Shown here piece after piece: positions 36,638-46,278 of a DNA stretch of 64,000 nt; within the stretch, counting starts at the first letter, position 1; each line of letters starts with the position of its first letter. The notes under the pieces were generated by a model, which was not told the origin of the DNA, searched no databases, and was given only the letters and a program-made list of their open reading frames with translations. This stretch comes from a virus: positions 3,346 to 67,345 of the IMG/VR virus record IMGVR_UViG_3300011116_000448; one strand, given 5' to 3'. Position numbers and translations under genes: made by a program.

Positions 36638-37009
36638 TTACCCGACAATAGCAGGTTTGCTGCGATTTCGTCCTGCAGCAAGTCCAACAAGCTTGGCTGT
36701 CTGAGCACCGCCCTTAAGGAAACGCACAGCGGCCCAAGGACCGTTCACAGAGCCGCCAAAAGCAGTCGTGGTAATGGTCTCAACCGTTACCCACATAGCA
36801 CCTAGGGCAGTCTCCTGCTTGTAATCGGGGGATACCTGAATCTGGACGTTGTCACCTGTTCCAATAGAGGCAAGCGTACCTACGTAATTGATGGCGTAAT
36901 TGACTTCGCCTGCAAAACGAAAGTCAAGAGGAACAACGACAGCGTCGGCTGCACCGATGCAAGTAGCTGCGTCAAGGCAAGTGACGGGGGCAAAAGGAGT
37001 AGAACTCAT
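36638..37009 (-). CDS. putative minor capsid / jelly-roll structural protein
   Basis: VQIQVSPD...WV...G PWAAVRF; GAGG SD; located in the head module. Confidence 0.55.
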   Translation of the reverse strand: MSSTPFAPVTCLDAATCIGAADAVVVPLDFRFAGEVNYAINYVGTLASIGTGDNVQIQVSPDYKQETALGAMWVTVETITTTAFGGSVNGPWAAVRFLKGGAQTAKLVGLAAGRNRSKPAIVG

Positions 37010-37064
37010 GTTAAAGATGTAACCTCTTTTTAACACATAGACGTGGATATGTTACATTGGCGAC

Positions 37065-37490
37065 TTAACGCTTCCGTTGGTTACTATTATACACGCCTGC
37101 CCAACGTTTTACCTTGGCTGGTACTTTAGTATCCTTACCTGCTTCTTTGATGCACGCGCGTACGTACTTCTTTGCTTCTTTGAGCATCTTGCGGCTAACA
37201 GGAATGTGTTCTCGTCGCATAGTAGCTATGGCCCACTGCTCGGCCTCGTATTCCTGTTGCCAAATAGGTAAATCTAAGTACAAATGTCTTAAAACTACGT
37301 GAGCAACCTCATGAAGGTAGTAAAAAAGCCCATCGCGGGTGTCCGGACGGGGGGTTAATATCTCCTTTGAGCCATCTTGTTTAAGCATGGCGTAAGCCTC
37401 AGTTGGGGTGTTAAATGACCGTTTAAAGCGGATTTTGACCCCTTTTGGGCGGTATCTCTTGGCTACTTCGTAATACCTTTTCTTTGTCAT
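37065..37490 (-). CDS. ImmA/IrrE-like zinc metallopeptidase
   Basis: LHEVAH (HExxH) plus EYEAEQWA third-ligand helix. Confidence 0.75.
   Translation of the reverse strand: MTKKRYYEVAKRYRPKGVKIRFKRSFNTPTEAYAMLKQDGSKEILTPRPDTRDGLFYYLHEVAHVVLRHLYLDLPIWQQEYEAEQWAIATMRREHIPVSRKMLKEAKKYVRACIKEAGKDTKVPAKVKRWAGVYNSNQRKR
37086..37097 (-). promoter_or_regulatory. putative promoter GGCGTGTATAAT re-initiating late transcription
   Basis: Perfect TATAAT with a GGCGTG extension, downstream of the MCP terminator and upstream of 37009. Confidence 0.5.
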
Positions 37491-37514
37491 GGGAAAAAGG
37501 GTACCACGGGCAAT

Positions 37515-37541
37515 AAAAAAGGGCTCCGAAGAGCCCCTTTT
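37515..37541 (-). terminator. intrinsic terminator after the major capsid gene
   Basis: GGGCTC-TTCG-GAGCCC followed by TTTTTT on the minus strand; T-run on both sides. Confidence 0.9.
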
Positions 37542-37564
37542 CACTATTTTTAACCAAACGGGTA

Positions 37565-38485
37565 TTACGAACCCGTAGAACCCCACCACTGACGCCAATC
37601 GGAGAAACCGAAGGTGTAGCGTTCGCGGGCCTTGTAGCGCATGTTGCCCGTTTCAAAGTCACCTTCGACCGCAGTCGCCAGACCCTTACGAACAAACATC
37701 TTCGTACCGTTCGGAACCGAGGTCTTGATAAACCAAGCATTCGTGTCCGAGAAACGGTTGTTGATGAACATGCCCTTTGAGAAGATACCGAGGTCGCGCA
37801 GGGCGTTCGTATCGTTCTTGTTGAACACGCTTGCACCACCCGGAGTCGTACTGAGCGTAGACTTCAGGATACGGTGGGCCGCAAACCGCAGATGAGGCGG
37901 AATGTGGAGACTCACCGGGGTAGCACCGATCAGAACACCACGGTCATCCTTTGTCAGGTTGATCGCAATAGCTGCTGATTCAAGCGCCGTTTCCGAAAGG
38001 TCAGCAGTCGTGGTGTTCGTCTGGTTACCTGCGGAAAGCGTCGGGTGCGCGGCGGAGAACAGCGGAACGCCGTCACCACCGGGGCGCGTAGACGAGAACC
38101 CAAGATTGAACGTGTTGGCAGCTTTAATCTGCTTCGTGTTCGCAAGGGCGCGTCCAAGAGCCTTGGTACGAATCTTGGTAAAGGTGTCGTAGAGATTATC
38201 TTCGACGGCCTCTTCCGTAATTGCGTAGGCAAGAGCCACGGTTTCCATCGTATAACGTGCAGTCCAAAGTTCCTGCATGTCATCGTACTGGACACCTTCG
38301 CCTTCGTTCTTAGTCGGAGCAGTACCAAGCGAACTCAGCAACACTTCCTCTTCAAACGCACGGTTAGTATTCTCGATTTCAAACAGCGGGAGATGTTCAT
38401 TCATAATCTCGCCGTATGAAGCCCCAAGAATCTTGTTCAAGCCGGGAACTAGCTGCTTCTGAAATTGACCACGAGTCATTGTCAT
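37565..38485 (-). CDS. major capsid protein (Mu gpT-like HK97 fold)
   Basis: R.Q..K.L.PGLN...G..Y, RAFEEEV, K.EG....D, ITEEA.EDNLY, GGDGV.LF...HP, GDFETGN.RYKARERY.FG.SD; AGGAG SD; strong codon bias; terminator follows. Confidence 0.9.
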   Translation of the reverse strand: MTMTRGQFQKQLVPGLNKILGASYGEIMNEHLPLFEIENTNRAFEEEVLLSSLGTAPTKNEGEGVQYDDMQELWTARYTMETVALAYAITEEAVEDNLYDTFTKIRTKALGRALANTKQIKAANTFNLGFSSTRPGGDGVPLFSAAHPTLSAGNQTNTTTADLSETALESAAIAINLTKDDRGVLIGATPVSLHIPPHLRFAAHRILKSTLSTTPGGASVFNKNDTNALRDLGIFSKGMFINNRFSDTNAWFIKTSVPNGTKMFVRKGLATAVEGDFETGNMRYKARERYTFGFSDWRQWWGSTGS

Positions 38486-38504
38486 AGTATGTACCTAGCT
38501 CCTT

Positions 38505-39113
38505 TTACTTATAGATGTGATTTGAAAACACAACTTCAAGAAGGGTCGAGGCATCGCCAAACGAACCACCAAAGTTATTGTCTTCTGCACCAGCAGACGT
38601 GATTTCACCAATACGGTAGACATCGACAACGCGGAACATTGCGTTACCTGCCGACACAGCCGTACCCGTCTGGTCGATTTCGCAAGCTGCGCGGCCTGTC
38701 GTAGCCGAACCCGCACCTGCGTTTGTCACACGCGCAAGTTCACCAAGGAACGTAGCAGCAATAGAAACGTCCGTCTTACAGATCCACGTACCCATCGGGT
38801 TGTCATCTACAAGAGCAAACGGCTGCGTATATCCTTCAAAATAGCCCGAGTTCTTCTGGGACGTATTTGCCGGGATAAACTTGGAAAACTGAGGCTGTCC
38901 AGTAGTCTTGTCAATCCACTGGAAACTCTGAGCAACGCCAATTACAGCGGCATTGTTCGTAGCAACGTCAAGCGTACCCGCCGACAACTTAACGGGCGTA
39001 CCCGTAAACATTGCCGAGTGAGCACCATTTTTAAGGGGGTAGGCCTTGAGTCGAGTTGAGCCCGCACCAACTGTACGAGACCGCACCAAACCACCGGGAT
39101 AAGAAACCGCCAT
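38505..39113 (-). CDS. capsid decoration/minor capsid protein
   Basis: Directly upstream of MCP; F.G.PV...G, IGV...., A.VDDNP motifs; GGAG SD. Confidence 0.65.
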   Translation of the reverse strand: MAVSYPGGLVRSRTVGAGSTRLKAYPLKNGAHSAMFTGTPVKLSAGTLDVATNNAAVIGVAQSFQWIDKTTGQPQFSKFIPANTSQKNSGYFEGYTQPFALVDDNPMGTWICKTDVSIAATFLGELARVTNAGAGSATTGRAACEIDQTGTAVSAGNAMFRVVDVYRIGEITSAGAEDNNFGGSFGDASTLLEVVFSNHIYK

Positions 39114-39139
39114 TGTTTATACACTCCAAAAAGATTAAG

Positions 39140-39706
39140 CTACTCGTCGTCTTCCGACACACCAGTAGCGTTAGGTTTATTACTTTGCAAAGTTTTACCG
39201 AACTCTGCGTCCGCAGCGGTCTTACGCCCGCCAACCCGTACAGTGCTTGTGGATTCGTTACTGATCGGAAGAAGCTTGTTAAGCTTACTGTTTCCGTCTA
39301 ACTGCCTCATCACAGCCTGCTCATTGTTAATAGCCATCTGCTCATAGTAACGATGCCTTGCGCGTGCCTTCCCCTCCGGGATCTTAAACAGCGCAAGATC
39401 GCCAACCATAGCAATATTGGCAAAGCGTGAATTCGCCGAGTTGTTCAAAGAGCGCGTCTCAAAGAGATCACGAAACTCCTCAGGCAATTCCACAATTCCT
39501 ACAGGTTCATAGCCTTCCCTACGTCTGTCAGCGACATTCTTGTAATCATCCTGATTGTCAAGAACGACGCGAACCCAGCGAAGGTGGAACCCGTTAGCTG
39601 CAAACTTCTCTCGAACTTCTTCCGGGATGTCGTAAGAAAAGGGTGGAGAGTAAGTCTCTTCCTTCTGTTCAACAGCGCGAGTAGTACGAATTGAAGATCT
39701 AGCCAT
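39140..39706 (-). CDS. conserved head-module protein
   Basis: G...RWVR......D..NV....REGYEPV, VGDL.L.KIP......R..YY pattern. Confidence 0.65.
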   Translation of the reverse strand: MARSSIRTTRAVEQKEETYSPPFSYDIPEEVREKFAANGFHLRWVRVVLDNQDDYKNVADRRREGYEPVGIVELPEEFRDLFETRSLNNSANSRFANIAMVGDLALFKIPEGKARARHRYYEQMAINNEQAVMRQLDGNSKLNKLLPISNESTSTVRVGGRKTAADAEFGKTLQSNKPNATGVSEDDE

Positions 39707-39724
39707 ATTATTAATTCCTTTTCA

Positions 39725-39734
39725 AGTATAACAC
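39725..39734 (-). promoter_or_regulatory. putative extended -10 promoter (GTGTTATACT) for the capsid genes
   Basis: Same 10-mer as at 1034(+); intergenic, just upstream of the AAGGA SD of 39706. Confidence 0.5.
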
Positions 39735-39761
39735 AAATGTAAAATACACGCGGTAACCCGC

Positions 39762-40877
39762 TTACGTGATGTCAATGGGGACGTAGCCCTTGTACCCCTG
39801 ATTGGCGTACTTGAACTTTTCCTTCATGTAATCGTTAATATTCACGCCAAGCTTCTCTGCCATCTCAGAATCATTCTGAGTAGGCGTAGCCGAAACCCGG
39901 TTACCCTTGCGGGTGAACTGGGTGTCATACTCGTCGTCACTGCTACGCGAAGACCCAATAGGAGAGCCCTTACGTCTGGTCTGCACGCGGGGTGCTTCCT
40001 CTTCTTCAGTCTGTTCTTCTTCACGGACAGAACCGCCTTTGCGGGTAGAAGCCTTAATGTTGTACTTGGAAAGACGAGAATCCAATTCATCCCAATACTC
40101 GTCAGACTCCGGGTCGTACTTGCCCTCGTTGGTCAATTCCAACGAAAGGGTACGGGCAAGGACGTGAGCCTTCTGGTCCTTAAAGAACCACGGATTGCGC
40201 TCAACCCATTCCTTTGCAGCTTCCGGAGGACCAGAGTTTCCAATCTTCGGAGGCTCTGGAACGTCGGGGGTTTCGTCAAAATCCTCTTCAACAGCCTTCA
40301 TGGCGCTAAAGCGCATCTGGGCATCGGCCAGTTCACGCGTAGCCTTAGCCACTGCCTTCGGGTCGTTTTCAGCCATAGCAAGTTCAAGCTGACGCTCAGT
40401 CTCCGCAACTGCCCGTTCCCACTGATTTCGCTGGCTTTCGATGTTCTGCTTTTCAGTGCCCTTTAGTTTGCTGGAAAGAGCCTTGATAACTTCCTGCTGC
40501 TGGCGCACCACTTCCTGATACTGGTTACGTTCACCAAGAAGATTCTTGATTCGTCGGTGGGCTCGGTTGGGCTTAGGTCGATCTTCAAGATCTACGTCTT
40601 CGTCGTTTACTTCGGTTTCCCTTGAGGTCTGCGATGCTTCCTTGCGGAAGCTTTTACCTTTGGACGTTTCGGTGTCGTCCGCTTCGTCTTTGTCCTCTTC
40701 GATTTCTTTAGCTCGACCTGAGTCGTTGACTGTGAGAATTTCTTTACGCCTGCCATAGTTCTGTGGGTTCTCGTTTTCGTTCAAATCCAATACAAGATTG
40801 TCAAGATCACTGGTGGAATTGTCACCTTCGGTGATTTCAATTTCAGTCCAATTGTTGTTCTTTCGCATAGTTGTCAT
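39762..40877 (-). CDS. capsid scaffolding protein
   Basis: Acidic coiled-coil; A..W..RNPWF, YDP.SDEY..ELD.R, A.KLGV....Y.K. Confidence 0.75.
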   Translation of the reverse strand: MTTMRKNNNWTEIEITEGDNSTSDLDNLVLDLNENENPQNYGRRKEILTVNDSGRAKEIEEDKDEADDTETSKGKSFRKEASQTSRETEVNDEDVDLEDRPKPNRAHRRIKNLLGERNQYQEVVRQQQEVIKALSSKLKGTEKQNIESQRNQWERAVAETERQLELAMAENDPKAVAKATRELADAQMRFSAMKAVEEDFDETPDVPEPPKIGNSGPPEAAKEWVERNPWFFKDQKAHVLARTLSLELTNEGKYDPESDEYWDELDSRLSKYNIKASTRKGGSVREEEQTEEEEAPRVQTRRKGSPIGSSRSSDDEYDTQFTRKGNRVSATPTQNDSEMAEKLGVNINDYMKEKFKYANQGYKGYVPIDIT

Positions 40878-40883
40878 TGTGGA

Positions 40884-41333
40884 TTACTTCACTCCAAACA
40901 TCGGGTTAATATCGCCCGGATTTTCAAGTTTCATGAGAATAAGTTCGTCTGCAAGCAAGACAAAAGACACGCCCTTTACCATAAGCTTTGTACCCTGATG
41001 CTTGCCCCAAACAACGTAGTCGCCCACCTTGCACCACGGCTCGCGGTAGCGCCCGTGCGGGAAGTACTTGCCGTCGGAAGGCTTGGCGTTTGGATCTGTG
41101 TAGCACATAGGACCCATTGCCTTAACCTGACCTACGTTGGTCAAATACTTAACGTCTTCGGTAAAGGAGGTAGGGAGCATGATTGAACCAACCTTTGCTT
41201 CGGGTTCAATGGGGCGGATAAGGATATTCCAACCCGTAACTTCTGGAAGTGGATCGGGGTCCGGAACGTTATTCGGGGAAACCCAATCAGTCTTGTTACC
41301 GTCGTATTTCATTAGCTGACCACTAAGCGACAT
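40884..41333 (-). CDS. groES: phage co-chaperonin GroES (Cpn10)
   Basis: P..TGW.ILI.P, G.V.AMGP.CY, PWCKVGD.V...K..G, LL.D.E motifs. Confidence 0.85.
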   Translation of the reverse strand: MSLSGQLMKYDGNKTDWVSPNNVPDPDPLPEVTGWNILIRPIEPEAKVGSIMLPTSFTEDVKYLTNVGQVKAMGPMCYTDPNAKPSDGKYFPHGRYREPWCKVGDYVVWGKHQGTKLMVKGVSFVLLADELILMKLENPGDINPMFGVK

Positions 41334-41335
41334 TT

Positions 41336-41569
41336 CTATTCCTCTTCTTCGTCATTTACAATATTTTTTCTGTTGTTGCGTCGCACTTCTTCAATTGCCA
41401 AACGCAAGGCGGCGACGTATCCTTGCGAGTGAGCTAGTTCAAACATATCACGCTCTTTCATGAGACTTTCCATCTTTTGTTCAATAAGGCGCATGAATTG
41501 CTTGGTAGAAGCATCATCGAGTTCACTGTCCCCGATGATGTTCTGTAGTCTTCGATCTATGAAACGCAC
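41336..41569 (-). CDS. hypothetical protein between portal and GroES
   Basis: GTG start after GAGG; QGY..AL..A pattern. Confidence 0.55.
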   Translation of the reverse strand: MRFIDRRLQNIIGDSELDDASTKQFMRLIEQKMESLMKERDMFELAHSQGYVAALRLAIEEVRRNNRKNIVNDEEEE

Positions 41570-41574
41570 GAGTG

Positions 41575-44181
41575 TTACCTCTTATTGGTTGGCGTCGGTT
41601 TCTTCTTTTCTGATGATGCTTGTTGTTTTTCTTTTGACTTACGACTGCCAATGTTACTTGCCAATTGTACTCCAAGCTTTTTGTGTTCCAGATCCTTTTT
41701 ATTGGCAGATTCAAGATCCTTTCGGTTCCCCTCTGCTTCCTTCATAAGGTTATCCAGACCAAGCTTGACAGCTTCCAAGCCGTTGCGGAACTGTTCCACG
41801 TCAGCATTCATACCAAGTTCCCTTGACTTCAGCATGGCTTCAAAGCGGTCAATGTCGACCTTCTGGGCCTTAATGGACAAGTCAGCCAGATCCTTTGTCT
41901 TGACGTGAGCCACACGATCTTTTTCAGTCGTAGCCTTCATCAGTTCGGCTTGGGCAATCATGTGCATAGGTTCGTCGCTACCAAACGAAGCAGCAAGGGC
42001 CTGATTGGCTTTAAAGACTTCCTGTGCTGCCTGTGCCTGTACCTGAGCCAAAACCTTGGGATCTTGGTCAGCGCCCGGCTGCTGGTTAACCATTCCACCA
42101 ATCTGTTCCGAAAGCTGCATCAACTGATGCTCGCGGATGTTGGCTTGGACAAGCGGAACAAACTGCTGCATGGTTGGGCTTTGCCCTCCAACCAGTGGAT
42201 CTTGGAGCCACGTCATCTTGAACTCTACGTGTGCCTTGTGGTCCTGTCCGGGGAAAGCCTTGATGGGCTTACCTTCGTTAAGAGCAATGATGTCTTCAAG
42301 CGGGCTTGCGGGCGTTGCTTGAACGTCAGGCGTCATGTACTCGTCAATGTTCTCCTCCCCAAGGGCAAGGTAGAAATTACGGTACACCTTCTTCAGATTG
42401 TGGATGTTTGGAGCCTGTAGTGCTGCCTGAAGCTTTGTCTGGGCAAGGCTCAACCTGTGGGCGTTGCTTGTGACGTTAGGGTCGCTGACTGGGATAACGT
42501 CGACAACCTTTGGGTCAAAGTCAGTCTTGAAGACATTACGTTCACCACCCGACACGTCGTAAGGATATTCATCGGGCATGTAGTCGTGATTGACGCGAGC
42601 AAGAAGCTTAAGATCCTGTTCTTGGCTGTAATGGACGCGCTTGTGAATTGCACTGAACAACTTCATTGAAGCTTCAAGCAAAGCCACCGTAGTGCCTACT
42701 GGGCCGTAATTTGTGGAGTCGTTGACTACCTGTTCGGTTGAGTCAGCAAAGTTACCTGCTCGCTGGTCAAGCCACTGGAGCAGTGCAAAGAGTACCTGTG
42801 ACGGTTCTTTGTACGGCAGTGGGAATAGTGCCTTGCTAATGTCCTGAATGGGACTCTCTGTCTCGCGCCACTCACCCGGAGCAATAGCAGAGTTGTCTCC
42901 AGTAATTCGTAGGCCTTTAAGTTTCAAACCACCCTGCAGATTGGCAAACTGTCCAGCATCCACAAGCGACCGGATAACGGACGTAAGCGTGACTTGGAAG
43001 TTACCAAGAAGGTGGAACAGACCTGCGCCGTAAAACCCAAAGGACGGGACGTACAGGTAGTGGCTGAACCAAATGATCTTTTTGCGGGCCTTGTCGTCTT
43101 CGTCCCAATTGCGACGGATGGAAAGAATCTCACCCGTTTCGCGAATGAACGTTACAATGTACGGATCGGTAAAGCCTGACTCTCCGTACGGGCGTGGAAG
43201 CGAAAGGAAGCAGTGCTGTTCGCAAAGGGAGAATTCCTTGGCAAAAGTACCGTCTACGTGAGACATGCCCACAGCCCTGCTGGCCGTGCTTGATATGTCT
43301 TCAATGACTACCGAAGACGCACCACCAACAAAGGAATCCCCAGTGATGTCATCCTTCTGGTCCTGCAGCGTAATACGTCCACGCCATTCTTTTGGTTCAA
43401 TGAACTCACCGTTGATGACCTTGTTACGGAGTTCAGCGCCTGACATGATGGGCAGGATTTCCGTGTACCTGCGCGCCTTTTCAAGCGACCGCTGGTTGTT
43501 GTTGACTACAAAGTTTTCTGCCGGGATAAAGCAAGACACGGGGCGCTGAAGGTTGAAATCCCAGTAGGTCTTTTTGAACGCACTGCCGTACAACGGAAGA
43601 TGGAACAAAAGCTTTTCCATGTCCGGGTAGTACTCAGTCATCTGCTTGGTGATTTGGTAGTTCATGAATTCCTTGACACGGTTGGCCTTCATGAGCTTTA
43701 GTTCTGTCTGTGAACCCATGACTTCAGTACGCACGGGACCACTGGCTGGAAGAAGTTCTGCGGTAGCCTTGGATTGGAACTTGACGGCTGCTTCAAGGAT
43801 CAACGGATGGACAGCCATACACGCCCCGTCAAACGGAGCGTCTTCGTCATCCGAATCCATGATGTTCATACCAAGATTCTGGATACCCTTCTTGATTGTC
43901 TCTTCCCACTCAGCACGGGATTCCTTGTCCTTGTCAAACCACATCTTGCACTGGTTGCCAATGCGCTGAAGCATCTTTTCATCCAAGTACCCTGCAATGT
44001 TTTCGTAGTGATCATACTCCTCTTTGTTATCCATTTCCATAGAACGGTCGAGGTCGTCTTCCATAAAACCTTCACCACCTTCGACTACAAATTCGATGGG
44101 GGAAGCATCCTTGCCGGGCACGGGAAGCTTAAGAGTTTGATCCCCAAGAGGGGCTTTGTAAGAAGATTTTTCAATAGCCAT
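41575..44181 (-). CDS. portal protein
   Basis: D..SR.EWE, PF.GA....HP...EA...FQ, MNYQ, L.GSAFKK, FYG.G..HL.G, R.L.DAG...NL..G, LPYKEPS, PVGTT.AL.E, PVSDPN; follows TerL. Confidence 0.92.
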   Translation of the reverse strand: MAIEKSSYKAPLGDQTLKLPVPGKDASPIEFVVEGGEGFMEDDLDRSMEMDNKEEYDHYENIAGYLDEKMLQRIGNQCKMWFDKDKESRAEWEETIKKGIQNLGMNIMDSDDEDAPFDGACMAVHPLILEAAVKFQSKATAELLPASGPVRTEVMGSQTELKLMKANRVKEFMNYQITKQMTEYYPDMEKLLFHLPLYGSAFKKTYWDFNLQRPVSCFIPAENFVVNNNQRSLEKARRYTEILPIMSGAELRNKVINGEFIEPKEWRGRITLQDQKDDITGDSFVGGASSVVIEDISSTASRAVGMSHVDGTFAKEFSLCEQHCFLSLPRPYGESGFTDPYIVTFIRETGEILSIRRNWDEDDKARKKIIWFSHYLYVPSFGFYGAGLFHLLGNFQVTLTSVIRSLVDAGQFANLQGGLKLKGLRITGDNSAIAPGEWRETESPIQDISKALFPLPYKEPSQVLFALLQWLDQRAGNFADSTEQVVNDSTNYGPVGTTVALLEASMKLFSAIHKRVHYSQEQDLKLLARVNHDYMPDEYPYDVSGGERNVFKTDFDPKVVDVIPVSDPNVTSNAHRLSLAQTKLQAALQAPNIHNLKKVYRNFYLALGEENIDEYMTPDVQATPASPLEDIIALNEGKPIKAFPGQDHKAHVEFKMTWLQDPLVGGQSPTMQQFVPLVQANIREHQLMQLSEQIGGMVNQQPGADQDPKVLAQVQAQAAQEVFKANQALAASFGSDEPMHMIAQAELMKATTEKDRVAHVKTKDLADLSIKAQKVDIDRFEAMLKSRELGMNADVEQFRNGLEAVKLGLDNLMKEAEGNRKDLESANKKDLEHKKLGVQLASNIGSRKSKEKQQASSEKKKPTPTNKR

Positions 44182-44192
44182 TGTGTGTAATT

Positions 44193-46004
44193 TTAACCGC
44201 CTGCTGCTTGTTTCCAATAGGTCCGTCGGGACTTCTTGTACATGTCGTCGTCTTCGTCTACCAAATCTTCACTCATGTGATTTTGGTTGCTTAGAGCCAT
44301 GACGTTAGACCGAAGGTGAATGATTGCTTGGGTCATCGTATCTACAAGGTCATCGCTAGCCCCAAAGGGGAATTCAAGAGCGTCGCTCATAAGCATAGTA
44401 CTGAAGTGTTGAGACTCGGGAACCCAAATACGACCATTCCTGAAATACGGGGTAACTTGATGAGCCCTCATTTCCTTGTCGCCCCACTTTTGGGGTTCAA
44501 AGGGGACTACCGGGTAACCCATTAACTGCAGTTCAGGGATCAAACTTTGGCCCGAAGCCTTGTTTTCAATAAGAATTATATCAGGCTTGTAGTACTCATT
44601 CATTTCAATTACTTGCTTAAGAAGCTCTGGGTACTCCCATCGGTTCTTGTCACACTCAATCAAAATCAAGTGAGGGACAAAGAACTCTTGACCTTTTGCC
44701 GTCAAGTTGCGTTGGTGGAATACCCCCCACACCGAGTAAGCACTGTAGTCAGCACTTGTCTTTGAACTGTAGGCTGTGTCCAGCGAAAGGACAATGTATT
44801 CAATCTCTGGAGGTTTACTGGACCGCCAAAGGTTAAAGTCTGACTCCTTGAAGATACTGCCCTCCTCCGGAATGGGCTGCTGCATGTACAGGGCTGACCA
44901 CTTAGCCGCAGTCATTGAAGGGTCGGCGCGCCTTTCTTCAAGGAACTCAAGGGTCTGGAATTCAGGCCAGAAAGACCCCTTTTCCGGAAGCCCAAGCAAC
45001 TTGCTGGCCTTGGTATCCAAGATGGCCGGAATGGTAACAATCTTCCAAGGTCGCTTGGTCTTGCTGTCGTTGACTTCAAGGAACCCTGAAAGGTCTTCAT
45101 TGTGCCATCGGGTGTTGACAATGATTTCAGACCCGTTGGGTAGGAGTCGGGTACGCAAGCCCGGGACGTACCAGTGGTTGATCTTACGACGCTCCACGGG
45201 GCTGTAGGCGGTCTGTTCAGAGACCACGTCGTCGCAGATCGAAATGTGGGCACGACGGCCTGCAATCTGGGTACCTACACCTGCACCATAGTACTTGCCA
45301 CCTTGGGTCAATTCCCACCGCCCAGCGGCTCTTGAATCGCTTTTGATGACTACGTGGGGAAAGACCCTAAGGTACTCTTCGGTACGCATAAGGTCTCGAA
45401 TAGGCCTACCTGCGTTGTCTTCAACAAACTGTGTACCGTGACCAATGTGAAGGATATTCCATTTTGGATGTCTTCCAAGGCACCAAGCCACGAACAAATT
45501 AATGAGCTTAGATTTCATCGCACCGGGAGGACAAAAGACCATAAGGCGCTCCCGTGTGCCCTTTACGGTAGCCTCTTCCACCTTTTGCATTTGCTGGGCA
45601 ATGACCCTAATGTGGGCTCCATCTATAAACCCTTCGGGGAGTGTGTAGGGGGCCAAGTACCGCACAAACATGTAGAAGTTGGTCTGGGCAAACTTGATAA
45701 TTCGATTGGCTAGGAAGTTGGTCAGGAAGTCCTTGTTAGGGTCGGAATCAGGCAACAGGCTAATGGCTTCAGTGATCTTTTTGTACAGGTCATCAAATTC
45801 CTTGTAGGTTAGGTCGTCCTTTGCTTTTCCGTCCACCACCTTTTTGAGGACAAGATCAGATGAAAGGCCGATGTCGACTTTAGCTACTTCGACCTCTCGC
45901 TGTAATATCTTGGGGTCTACGGAGGGTGCTTCCTCCTCCGGTTTATCCAAGTAACCCAGCAAACTTGCTAGGGCTTGCTCTTTTTCTTTGTCGTTATCGG
46001 TCAC
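44193..46004 (-). CDS. terL: terminase large subunit
   Basis: Walker A-like PPGAMKS, IAGRRAH..ICDD, TRWH.EDL.G, W.ALYMQQP, SLDTA, DYSA, IE.KASG, FP.G..DD.VD nuclease motifs. Confidence 0.95.
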   Translation of the reverse strand: MTDNDKEKEQALASLLGYLDKPEEEAPSVDPKILQREVEVAKVDIGLSSDLVLKKVVDGKAKDDLTYKEFDDLYKKITEAISLLPDSDPNKDFLTNFLANRIIKFAQTNFYMFVRYLAPYTLPEGFIDGAHIRVIAQQMQKVEEATVKGTRERLMVFCPPGAMKSKLINLFVAWCLGRHPKWNILHIGHGTQFVEDNAGRPIRDLMRTEEYLRVFPHVVIKSDSRAAGRWELTQGGKYYGAGVGTQIAGRRAHISICDDVVSEQTAYSPVERRKINHWYVPGLRTRLLPNGSEIIVNTRWHNEDLSGFLEVNDSKTKRPWKIVTIPAILDTKASKLLGLPEKGSFWPEFQTLEFLEERRADPSMTAAKWSALYMQQPIPEEGSIFKESDFNLWRSSKPPEIEYIVLSLDTAYSSKTSADYSAYSVWGVFHQRNLTAKGQEFFVPHLILIECDKNRWEYPELLKQVIEMNEYYKPDIILIENKASGQSLIPELQLMGYPVVPFEPQKWGDKEMRAHQVTPYFRNGRIWVPESQHFSTMLMSDALEFPFGASDDLVDTMTQAIIHLRSNVMALSNQNHMSEDLVDEDDDMYKKSRRTYWKQAAGG

Positions 46005-46278
46005 TTTGATTCCTCTTTACAAAACTGTAACAATTATCAATTCTTTGAAATATTACAAATATTACAGAAAAGTGATCGCAAGTTAACTACTTTCCGAAAA
46101 ATCTGTGTGTATAATATACCCAAGGGGTATCCAAGGGGACCATTCGAAAGACAACAATAGATGGATTTGGTACTAATCTTGTAATGTCAATCAATAGTTT
46201 ATTTCGCAAGGTTAGGTACTTAGTTAGATCATACCCGGGGTACCCATAGATATAGTGGTACCAGTTAACCACGGAACA

